In this document: in pieces, positions 12,420 to 23,135 of the stretch
Numbering within the stretch: the stretch's first letter is position 1
Layout of the letters: every line of letters begins with the position of its first letter
From: Isurus oxyrinchus
Lineage: Eukaryota
NCBI GenBank assembly: GCA_026770705.1
Contig: JANJGN010000022.1
Location: forward strand, 13,454,001 to 13,518,000
Direction: 5' to 3'
DNA: 64,000 nucleotides
Position numbers and translations under genes: made by a program
The notes under the pieces: model-generated
Told to the model about the DNA's origin: nothing
The model's input: only the letters and a program-made list of their open reading frames with translations
Databases searched by the model: none

Positions 12420-14953
12420 ACTGGCAGACCCCCAAATAGTGAAATGGAGATAAAAGGACAAATATGTAGGCAAATTTCTGCTTCTAAAAATAAGAGGGCA
12501 ATAATAGTATGAGACTTCAGCTATCCTAATATCAACTGGGATTCAAACAATACAAGGGGCACTGTGGGAGAAACATTCATGCAATGTGTCCAGGAAAATT
12601 TTTTCAACCAATTAGTGACAAACCCAAAGAGAGGAGATGCAATTCTAGACCTAGTCTTGGGGAACGAAGAAGGGCAAGTGGGTGAAGTGACAGTTGGTGA
12701 CCATATCAGGAACAGTGATCACAGTTCAGTTAGATTTAGCATTACCCTGGAAAAGGACAGAGATAAGGCAGAGTAAAAGTCTTGAACTAGGGGAAGGCAA
12801 ATTTTGCAGAAATGAGAAAGAACTTGGCTGAGGTGGACTGGACAGCACTGTTGGATGATAAAACAGTGGAAAACCAGTGGGAAGCACTAAAAAGCGAGAT
12901 CCTAATTGTACAAAGTAGACATGTCCCCTACAAAAATAAGAGTGCTACTGCCAAATCTGGACCTCCCGGGTTGTCCAGAGGAATACAAGGGAAGATCAAA
13001 CAGAAAAAGAAAGCATACAATAAGCACAAAGAACTAAGCACTGCAGATAGCCTAGGTGAATATAGGAAGTGCAGGGACAAAGTAAAAAAGGAAATAATGA
13101 AATCAAAGAGAAGGCATGGAAAAAGGTTAGCAAGTAAAGTTAAAGATAACCCAAAGATGTTTTACCAATACATTAATGCTAAATGGTTAGTTAAAGAAAA
13201 AGTGGGACCTATCAGAGATAAAGATGGAAACTTCTGTGTAGATGCAGAAGCAGTGGGAAGAGTTTTGAATTAATATTTTGTCTCCGTGCGATAGGGAGGA
13301 TGTAGATATTGTAGTCCAGGAGGAACATGGCAAGATATTGGATGGGATAGTCATAAAGAGAGAGGAAGTACTCAAAGAGTTGAAATCCTTGAAAGTTGCT
13401 AAGTCACCAGGGCTAGATGGATTGTTTCCGAGGCTGCTGAAGGAAGAAGGGAGAAGATAGCAGATGCTCTGAGGATGATTTTCCAATCTTCACTAGATAC
13501 AGGGGAGGTACTGGAGGACTGGAGAAATGCAAATGTAGTCCCATTGTTTAAAAAGGGATCAAAGGAAATGCCAAAAAATTATAGGCCAGTTAGTCTTACA
13601 TTGGTGGTGAGCAAATTAGTAGAATCAATCCTGAGAGATAGGATTAACTGTCATGTGGAAAGGCATGGACTAGTCAGGGATGGTCAGCAAGTATTTGTTA
13701 AAGGAAGGTCTTGTCTCTCAAATTTGATTGAATTATTTGAGGAAGTGAGAAGGGTTGATGAAGGTAGTGCAGTGGATGTTGTGTACATGGATTTTAGCAA
13801 GGCATTTGACAAGTTGCCACATGGCAGATTGGTCAGGAAAGTGAAAGCCCATGGGATTCAAGGTAATGTGGCAAACTGGATAAAAGGTTGGCTTTGTAAC
13901 AGGAAACAAAGGGTAATGGTTGATGGATGCCCTTACAAATGGAAAGTTGTCTCAAGTGGTGTTCCACAGGACTCGGTGTTGGGACTGTTTGTGTTATATA
14001 TTAACGATTTGGACATGAACTTGGGGGGCACAATCGGGAAGTTAGCAGATGATACAAAGCATGGCCGAGTAGTGGATAGTGCAGAGGATAGCCATAATCT
14101 CCAAAATGATATCGATGGGATGGTGGAGTGGGCGGTAAAGTGGCAGATGGATGTTAACATAGAGAAGTGTGAAGTCATACATTTAGGAAGGTCAAACAGT
14201 TACAGGGAAAATAAGTGGGAATATACCAAGAGGGGTAGATGAAGTGAGAGATCTTGGCGTACAAGTACACGTGTCCCTGAAGGCAGCAGTTCAAGTAGAC
14301 AAGGTTGTAAAGAAGACATATGGAATGCTCTCCTTCACTGGCAGAGGTATAGAATATAAAAGTAAGGATATAATGTTGGAATTGTATAAAACACTGGTGA
14401 GGCCACAACTGGAGTATTGTGTGCAGTTCTGGTCACCACATCACAGGAAGGACGTAATAGCTCTGGAGAGAATGCAGAGGAGGTTTACAACAATGTTGCC
14501 AGGGTTAGAAATGTATAGCTATGAGGAGAGATTGGATAGGTTGGGGTAATTTTCCTTACAACAAAGAAGGCTGAGAGGTGACTTGATTGAGGTGTACCAA
14601 ATTATGAGGGGAACAAATAGAGTGGACAGGATAAAATTGTTTCCCTTGATGCAGAATTCCAGAACCAGGGGACATAGCTTCAAGATAAGTGGCAGAAGGT
14701 GTAAGGGGGATATGAGGAAGAACTTTTTTACGCAGAGTAGTGGGTGTCTGGAATTCACTGCCCAAGTTGGTGGTAGAGGCAGAAACTTTAAACTCTTTTA
14801 AAAAGTACCTGGATCTGCACCTAAAGTGCTGTAAGCTGCAGGACTACGGGCCGGGTGCAGGAAGGTGGGATTAGAAAGGGTGTCCTCAGGCTGGCATGGA
14901 TATGATGGGCTGAATGGCCTCCTTCTATGCTGTAACTTTTCTATGGTTCTATG
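12420..14953 (+). mobile_element. CR1 LINE, 5'-truncated, relatively young but with stops and frameshifts
   Basis: ORFs 12564-14801: PKRGDAILDLVL, NYRPVSLTLVVSKLVE, MDFSKAFDK, SGVPQDSVLG, LADDTK, LVRPQLEYCVQFWSP. 3' tail ttctatggttctatg. Confidence 0.95.
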
Positions 14954-16176
14954 TTTATCAAATTTCGTTTGGTTGCTCCACCTCCACATCTTTCTTCTCT
15001 ATCTCTCTGAAATACATTATACTATGCAATGTTTAATTCCCAGTCCTGATTTTTCTGCAGCCATGTCTGAGTAATCTCTACTATTATCCAGTTCCTCGCA
15101 ATGTATTAGTGCCTCCAGGTCCCCTGTTTTATTATTGACATTGCGCATTGCTGTACAGAAGTTTAATTGATTGTTAATAACAGTGTTTCTTAATTAATTT
15201 TTATACCTTTTTACACTCCTCTTCCATAATTCTACATGATCTACATTCCATCTAAGTTCTCACTCAGCTTATTCTGTCCTATGCTTGCCTTTTCAGTTTC
15301 ATATATATTTTGGCTAATTTCCACACTCACAACCCAACCCCAACCCCGCCCCCCTACAATGACCATCTGGGAAGTCCCTACATTGGGCTGTCTTGCTAAT
15401 TAATTAAAACTAATTTAAATACCAAGACTAATTATACACTTATTTAAGTTCAGTGATATAATGAACTTTATACTGAACTATATTTCTAATCCTGTGATAT
15501 GCTCTGGGTAAAAGCAGCTGAGAGGTGACATGATGGGGAATCATGATTTGGGCTTTCACTGACCATGTGTTTTTAACCCAAAGGCTTTGAAAGGGACCAA
15601 CTAGCAAAATGATAAACTTCAACAGAAATCGAGCAGTGTGCGCCAACAGGCAGCCTACTGCATGAGAACTAAAAGATAAACACCTTAGCAAAATCTCAGA
15701 GGCCTTGATGTTGGTAGAGCCAAGACAAATAGCCATGTACTAAAGCCACTATATTTTTCTTGCTTTGGCCAGGCCTTAGCATTGATAGGATATTACGACT
15801 TGGTAGGACTCCAAGGATGGGAAGCCAGAGCTTGAGAGTCTGACCTGACTTAGATAGGGAGATGGGTAAATAACATCTTTTGTAATTGAGTTGTTCAAAT
15901 AATAGAGAGGTTAAGGATTGGGTTTAATCAGTCTCATTAGCCTTTGGAGTGTAAAAATAGTATAAGAGGAGATTCCCTAGCACAGACTGACACAATGGTA
16001 CCTGGAGCATGGTCAGGGAGTAGTTACATGGAGATTGCTTGGCCTTTGTGCTTTGATTCTACTGCTCAGGCACGGGCATATGTCAAATCTTACTCATACT
16101 GAATAAAATACAATCACTGTCACCAATAAAATCATCACTTCAACTCATTTCAGAACTGGAAATTGAAGGAATTAAA

Positions 16177-16829
16177 GGGCAGAATTTTACGTCACGAGGC
16201 CGGATGCGCACCCGATCCGATCGAGCGCAAAATAGCACGTGATGACGTCATCTTACACTCGTGCGATATTTCAGTCAGCGGGCGCACGCAAGAGTTGGCA
16301 GCGCAACCGCTGACAATTAAGGGGCCTATTAAGGCCATTAATTCATTAATTAAGAGATTTTTTGCTGCCCGTCCAACATTATGGTTGGCGCACAGGCGAA
16401 TCGGCCAGGCGGCCTTTGTATTTTTGAGGAAACCTCATCCACGGGTGGGATGAGGTTTCTGACATTATTTTAAAAATAATGTTTTGACAGAATTTTTATT
16501 ATGCACGTGTTCATGTGAGTGAGTCCTATGTGGGACATTTTTTTCACAATTTCCAAATCTTTATTTTTGATTTTGAAAATTCTTCAGCTCCCTGGGGCGG
16601 ATCTCTGCCTTTAGGGAGCTTTCTTTGCACGCTCCCCCGCACCCGGGCTGATGCAGCCCCACCCTCATCCAGATAGCACTAAGCTTCTCAACATGCATTT
16701 CACTCTGGCTGGCAGTTAACTGGCCAGCCAGCATGAAATCGCAGTCGGGGGCCGGTCATGGGCAACAGTCCATTTCCCAGTTCTCCGGCCCGCTCACTGC
16801 GTCCACCCAATGACCCAAAAGTACTGGCC
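16177..16829. mobile_element. PIF/Harbinger-type MITE
   Basis: Left TIR GGGCAGAATTTT, decayed right TIR aaaagtactggcc. CpG-rich. Inverted homolog of 20686-21403. Confidence 0.7.
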
Positions 16830-17004
16830 AAAGGGTTTACAAGGTGGAGTCTGTCCTCTCAGGACAGCTAACTCCTGCCCCAGTACTGGTGCCATTGCTC
16901 CCTGAAAAGGAACCCTTCTTTCCCACACCAGCTCATTAGCCACATGTTAATTCTCCTGTTTGACTATTTCAATGCCCACCTGCATATGACTCAGGGTAGT
17001 ATTC

Positions 17005-17612
17005 CAGAGGAATTGAATACAAAAGTAAAGTAGTTATGCTTCAGTTATGCAGGGCATTGGTGAGACCACATCTGGTGTACTGTGCGTAGTATTGGTTTCC
17101 TTATTTAAGGAAGGACATAAATATGTTGGAAGCAATTCAGAGAAGATTTACTAGACTAATACCTGGAATAAGCAAGTTGTCTCATGAGGAAAGCTTGGAC
17201 AGGCTAGGATTGTATCCGCTGCAGTTTAGATGAGTAAGAGATGACTTGATTGAAACCTTTAAGATCCTGAGGGGTATTGACAGGGTGTATGTGGAAAGGA
17301 TATTTCCTCTTGTGGGAGAATCTAGAACTAGAGGTCACTGTTTAAAAATAAGAAGTCGCCCATTTAAGACACAGATGAGGAGAATTTTTTTCTCTCAGAA
17401 GGTTGTGCTCTTTGGAACTCTCTTCCTCAAAAGACAGAGTCTTTGAATATTTTTAACACTTAGCTAGATAGATTCTTGATGAGCAAAAGGGTGAAAGGTT
17501 ATCAGAGTTAGGTGGGAATGTGGAGTTATTGTTCCAATCAGATCAGCCATGATCTTATTGAGTAGGCCAAGTGGCCTACTCCAGCTGCTAAATTTGTGTT
17601 CGAATGTATGTC
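17005..17612 (+). mobile_element. CR1 LINE 3' fragment
   Basis: LVRPHLVYC, ETFKILRGIDRV..GESRTRGH and the tail atcagatcagccatgatcttattga...ggcctactcc. Confidence 0.8.
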
Positions 17613-17967
17613 CATAAGGAAGGCAGCAGCTGACAATGGGCACAAATTTCAGCTTTTTGGTTCCAGTGGCAATGTGGAACAATATTCTCTGCAGGAACGG
17701 CAGAACCTCAGGCATCAGGAGAGCAGTTGAGAGGCAGGATGGATACGAGGCCATACCCTTAGCATATAATTTAGTGCTGAAGGCAGAGCTACCTTGAGAT
17801 AACTGAAAACTGGTGCCAGAGGAGACTGCAACTTTCCAGACAGTTGGTCACATATATCTGTGCCCGTGCCGTCAAAGACCTCACACTTCTCAGCACTGCT
17901 AACTATTACCTATCAGTAGCCTTCAAAGTCAATGTTGGCCTTACACTTTGCTTCTGGCTTCTTCCAA

Positions 17968-18611
17968 GGGCTGGATTTTACAGGGTGCCATAGTCCCCAC
18001 CGACCCCCACATAAGCTAAATAGTTGGTGGTGAGTCTGTCCATAATTCTAATGGCAATCTTGCAACAATTTAATGCTGGGAGTAACATTAACTACTTTAA
18101 GGCAAGATTTCCACCCCAATCTCAGGAGGAAGTTGCACCTTAGAGAGCTTCCGGCCAAGCTGATGGCTGGCTGTTCTATAGTCCCAGCAGCACCAGGCAG
18201 GAGCAGTGGCCACTGCTGGGACTACAGCATGCCCCAATGAAGAAGATCCCAACTCAAAGTTAAGTCCGGGATATTGTCAGGCTAGGCTGGCGAGCCCCAG
18301 CGAGGGCGGGTGAGGGGTTGCAGGGCCTAATATGAGGGGCTGGGGGAAGGTAAAGTTGCCAGCTCATGCAGCTAAAGTTGCTGGGCTTCCTGCATAGCAT
18401 GTGCCTTCCCCTGCTGTAGGTAAAATATCTGTGGGGGTGGGATGAAGCCCTTAAGTGGCTATTAATTGGCCAAGAGCTGGCAGACCACCCAATGCCTCCC
18501 CCATCCACCCCCCAACCCCGTAAAATTTCAAACAGGTCGGGAAAGCCACCCGCTGGACTTATAAGGCTCTGCCCTGCCTTCAAACCTAGCAGAGAATGTC
18601 AAATTCAGCCC
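17968..18611. mobile_element. PIF/Harbinger-type MITE
   Basis: Imperfect TIRs GGGCTGGATTTTACA ... TGTCAAATTCAGCCC. Confidence 0.65.
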
Positions 18612-18653
18612 TCAAGAATCAGCTATGGTCTTGAACCTGCTGTACACCATTGC

Positions 18654-19453
18654 TTTACAATCTTAGTAGAGACCAGTGACTTTCTCTTAAAAACATTTCT
18701 GAAATTCCAGTTGGAAAGAATGAAGCCACAAGATTCCACACTTCAAAACAGAAGAATTTTTACTATAAAGGAAGAAACAAAGAAAACACTAAATACTATC
18801 TTAGATAATAACCTATACTCTAAAACCCAGAATCAACATAAGTTAAACATGAATTAACAGGCAAATTGCAGTCGAATAAAAACTACAAATTACACATTAA
18901 ATGGCAGATACAACTAAAACAGAGCTTATGAATTGGCTCAGCAGTCCACTTAGCATATACATCATTAATCTCGGTCACAAAGTCCTTCAAAATTCTGCCT
19001 TCCTCAGGAAGGATTTCTGTTCCTCTTCTCAGAGGATTTAGCCTGATCCCCAATAAATAGCAGTGCACAATCAACCTCCTCAACTCTGGTAATAATGGTC
19101 TAGATAGTACAGATTCACTACTGTTAACTTGAAGTAACAAACAGCTATAGCAACTATAACTTTGCCTACAGTCAGCCTCTGAATCTAACCCATCTTTTTC
19201 AGCCTGTCTGTACTGTACCACTGGAATCATTATCATCTACTGAACTCGGATGGCTCTGTATCCTTTTATATGTTTCAAGCCCCAGTTTCAGTCTCCCCAT
19301 AAGTTTCAGTTTCCAATCTTAGTTTCAGTCTTAGTTTCCTTAGAAACCAGAAGTGCCAGTTTCCTTTCTTAGTTTCCTTCTCTTCTTGGCTTCCCTTTTC
19401 AGTTAGGGTCTGTCTCAAAAAATACGACCTTTGAAATCAGGGTATCCATCACA
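18654..19453 (-). mobile_element. Solo LTR, related to the 6776 and 57791 family
   Basis: Shared gccacaagattccac motif; right end ...ccatcaca. Boundaries approximate. Confidence 0.5.
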
Positions 19454-19485
19454 ACTACATCTCGCAAGTCACTCAATCCATATTT

Positions 19486-19830
19486 GTGAGAGCTGGACAG
19501 TACACACAATTTGAGACAAATGTGGTGTTGCAGGCAAAGTGTGCAGTGGGTTTGGGCCCCATTGCTGCACTACCCCAGGCAGAGGGTATCATTAATTGCA
19601 TGCACATGGTTATCAACGTAACCTGTGACCGGCAAGTCAGATTTATCAACAGGAAGTTCTTCATTTCCTCAATGTTCAGCTGGTCTGCGATCACAACAAG
19701 AGCTTCCTCCATCTGTGTACTCATTTTCCTGGTAGTTGCCATGACTCCTCCTTCCTTCAGCAGTCCAGGATGCATCTCTTCACTCAACTCTGAACTCCAT
19801 GGGTGACAAACGAGATCCCTTGAAGAGATA
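19486..19830 (+). pseudogene. Harbinger (HARBI1-like) DDE transposase fragment
   Basis: IAALPQAEGIINCMHM..FINRK, then after a frameshift NVQLVCDHNKSFLHLCTHFPGSCHDS. These are decayed GAIDCTH, NRKG and PGSxHD motifs. Confidence 0.8.
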
Positions 19831-19844
19831 GCTACTCAACTGTC

Positions 19845-20622
19845 TAGGTGGTGGTGTTCCCTTGTATCTGCTGTCCTTGTCCTTCTAGGTGGTAGAGGTC
19901 GTTGGAAGGTGCTGTCGAAGTTAAGTTCCTACATTGCATCGCGTAGATGGTTTACAGTACTGCTGCTGTGTATCAGTGATAGAGGGAGTGGATGTTGACG
20001 GTGTTGGATGGTGTTCCAGTAAAGCAGGCTGCTTTGTCCTGGATGGTGTCAAGCTTCTCGAGTGCTGTTGAGGCTGTAATCACTCAGGCTAGTGGAGAGT
20101 ATTCCATCACGCTCCTGACTTGTGCGTTGTAGATGGTAGACAAGCTTTGAGGAGTCAGGAGGGGAGTTACTCTCAGCAGAATTTCCAGCCTCTGACATGC
20201 TCTTGTAGCCACAGTCTTTAAATGGCTGGTCCAGTTCAGTTTTGGGTTAATGGTAACCCCTAGTGATGATAATGTCATTGAAAGTCAAGTGAAGAGGGTT
20301 ATATACTCTCTTTTTGGAGATGGTCATTGCCTAGCACTTGTGTGATGTCAAGCATGATGTCTGCAATGCTTGCAAGAACAAGGGTAGTCTAGAGAGATGT
20401 TTTTGTTTTGGGAGGTCGAGCTAGTGTCAGTTGGCACTTATCAGTCCAAGCCTGAATGTTGTTCAGTTCTTGCTGCATAAGGGCATGGACTGCATAAGTA
20501 TCTGAGGAGTTGCAAATGGTGCTGAACATTGTGCAATCATCAGCAAAAATCCCCACTTCTGACTTTATGATGGAGGGAAAGTCATTGATGAAGCTGTTGA
20601 AGATGGTTGGGCCTAGGACACT
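19845..20622 (-). mobile_element. CR1/L2-clade LINE 3' fragment
   Basis: LGVTINPKLNWTSHLKTVATRA..IYNAQVRSVMEYSPLA (ORF 20084-20278). Confidence 0.8.
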
Positions 20623-20685
20623 AAGATTTTAGGGCTGTGAGGTATAAATTTCTTCTAGCTTAAATCTCTAAGTTTCGAATTCTTA

Positions 20686-21403
20686 GGGCAAAATTTTCCC
20701 CCTGTCAGGGGGGAAGTGCAGGAGCGGGTGCGGGAGGGGGTGCGGGTGGGCAGGCTTCTGATCGACGCCCCCATCGGGGGCGCGCCACCATTTTATGTGG
20801 ACCGGCCAATTAAGGCCCGCCCAGCATGACGTCCGCCAGGAAGCGCTGTGCGCTCCCTGTGCGGTTGGGGGGGATTCCCTCAGCCAGGAGTGTGCTCTTT
20901 CGCACATGCGCGCGAAAGAGCGCACAGATCTCCCTGAGGCAAGGTGCTCCCTCAGGGAGATCAGCTCCGATTTAAAACTTTCAATAAAGGTGATTAAAAA
21001 ATTTCCCTGCCGTGTACCCTAATGTGACACTGTCACACGAGTTGGGACATGTCCATAACTTTTATTTAAAGATTTAATAAAAATTTAAATACCCTCATGA
21101 AACCTCATCCCGCCCATGGATGAGGTTTCATGTTTTTTCCGAAGCCCACCTGGGCTCCCGGCCTGCCTGCCAAACGTAAGGTTGGATGGACAGGTCCATC
21201 AACCATGTTACTTAGCTTTTTAATGGCCTTAATAGGCCGTTGACAGTTTGATGGGCACGCAGCCAATTTGGCTGCGCACCCGCCGAACCGAAAATCTAAA
21301 TGATGCGGGGTGATGTCGGGACGCGCGCCCAACGAATTCCCACGTCATTTTACGCGTCAGCGAGCAGGCCCCGCCCCTGCTCTCCGACCAGAAAAACCTG
21401 ACC
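20686..21403. mobile_element. PIF/Harbinger-type MITE, young (CpG retained)
   Basis: TTA|GGGCAAAATTTTCC ... GAAAAACCTGACC|TTA, giving a 3-bp TWA TSD. Internal 15-bp hairpin at 21096-21132. Confidence 0.8.
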
Positions 21404-21953
21404 TTAATTTCTAACACTAGGGTCCTCATCTGTGCCTGACCTAAGGTATAAATAACTAGTATTTAATAATCAAATAGAATTTAAGTAATATTTTAGATAT
21501 ACTTAAAAAAAAGACAACATGGAAGTCTCTCATCCGTCAAGTTCCTAGGCCCAACCATCTTCAGCTGCTTCATCAATGACCTTCCTTCAAAAGTACGGAT
21601 GTTCGCTGAGGTTTGCACAATGTTCCAAACCATTCGCAACTCCTCAAATACTGAAGCAGTCCATGTTCAAATGGAGCAGGACCTGGACAATATCCAGATT
21701 TGGGATGACAAGTGGCAAGTAATATTCACACTACACAGGTGCCAGGTAATAATCATCTCCAACAAGAGAAAATCTAACCATCGTCCCTTGACATTCAACG
21801 GCATTATCATCGCTAAATCCCCCACTATCAACATCCTAGGGGCTACCATAATATAAAAACAAAAAAAAAACTGCGGATGCTAGAAATCCAAAACAAAAAC
21901 AGAATTACCTGGAAAAACTCAGCAGGTCTGGCAGCATCGGCAGAGAAGAAAAG

Positions 21954-21992
21954 AGTTGACGTTTCGAGTCCTCATGACCCTTCGACAGAACT
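21954..21992 (-). ncRNA. Mirror copy of the hammerhead candidate on the strand transcribed by the host gene
   Basis: Exact reverse complement of 21999-22037 within the palindrome. Confidence 0.6.
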
Positions 21993-21998
21993 TGATCA

Positions 21999-22037
21999 AG
22001 TTCTGTCGAAGGGTCATGAGGACTCGAAACGTCAACT
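21999..22037 (+). ncRNA. Minimal type I hammerhead ribozyme candidate, variant core CUGUCGA
   Basis: AGTT-CTGTCGA-A-GGGTC-ATGAG-GACTC-GAAACGTC-AACT: stem I AGUU/AACU, stem II GGGUC/GACUC, GAAA, and a GUC triplet ending at 22033. Confidence 0.6.
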
Positions 22038-22596
22038 CTTTTCTTCTCCGCCGATGCTGCCAGACCTGCTGAGTTTTTCCAGGTAATTCTGTTTTTGTCC
22101 TAGCGGCTACCATTGGCCAGAAACTGAACTGGACTAGCCATCTAAATACTGTGGCTACAAGAGCAGAGCAGAGGCTAGGAATCCTATGGTGAGTAACTCA
22201 CCCTCCAAGCCTGTTGACCATTTACAAGGCACAAGTCAGGAGCGTGATGGAATACTCTCCACTTGCCTAGATGAGTGCAACTCCAACAACACTCAAGAAG
22301 CTGAACACCATTCAGGACAAAATAGCCTGCTTGATTGGCATCCCATTCACAAACATTCACTCCTTCCACCACTGATGCACAATGGCAGTGTGTACCTTCT
22401 GCAAGATGCACTGCAGGAAATCCCAAGGCTCCTTAGACAGCATCTTCCAAACCCACGACCACTACCATCTAGAAATACAAGGACAGCAGATGCATGGGAA
22501 CACGACCATCTGGAAATTCCCCTCCAAGCCACTCGCCATCCTGACTTGGGAATATATCACCATTCCTTCACTGTCATTAGGTCAAAATCCTCGAAA

Positions 22597-23135
22597 TGCG
22601 AGTGAGGCATAATCTCAGTTTGAATTGTGAGGGAACAGAAGCTGAAAGAGTGCCCAGTTTGAAACTGTTGGAACAATCTACATTGATCCCTAGAGTCTTT
22701 TGAAAAAGAAAGGGACAAGCAGATTAGCTTGGAAGTATTGGAAAAGTGACTAGAATAAAAGGACAGAGACAACCACGGCCAACAGATGGTAAATGAAAGT
22801 TTTACCTTTGAGAATAGCTGAGGAGAATTAAAGATGATTCCCAGAGGACTGAGACATACTTATTGATGTTCCCAACAGAAGTAAATAACTTTAAAATTGA
22901 TGTAAGATTCTCTATCAGAGATTCTTAGGGAAAATAAGTAAACCTGAGTGCTTAATATATATATAGTCATAAACAACATTAACTTATAGTGCTTGTTTTG
23001 TTTCAGTCTATTATATACAATAAAATTGGTTTTGTTTATTTAAAAAGTGTAATTTTGTGGCGTAGTTCTATTGGTTAAAACAAGATGTTCTAATTTTCTC
23101 TTTACATGTTAATAGTTTCTAACCAGATCATAACA
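22597..23135 (+). mobile_element. Partial solo LTR
   Basis: AATAAA near 23019 and the terminus ccagatcataaca, which resembles the end of the 47209-48513 LTR. Confidence 0.45.

Larger units (their letters stand above)
21850..22097. mobile_element. Palindromic mini-Penelope (two inverted pLTR ends, no spacer)
   Basis: Arms 21894-21995 and 21996-22097 are reverse complements with 1 mismatch, centred on GA|TC. 16-bp TSD TCCTAG(G/C)GGCTACCAT at 21834-21849 and 22098-22113. Homologous to the Penelope pLTR at 5541-5670. Confidence 0.9.
21535..22592 (+). mobile_element. CR1/L2-clade LINE 3' fragment hosting the palindromic insertion
   Basis: LGPTIFSCFINDLP and MFAEVCTMF (decayed FADD); the sequence continues across the insertion at 21850-22097. 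Confidence 0.8.

Noticed and set aside
13475-14242. 255-aa RT ORF as an active gene or retron-like RT
   Set aside because: It is a fragment of a frameshifted, 5'-truncated CR1 ORF2.
15494-16150. Possible solo LTR (TATA-like and AATAAA motifs)
   Set aside because: No convincing terminal CA or TSD could be identified, so it was left unannotated.
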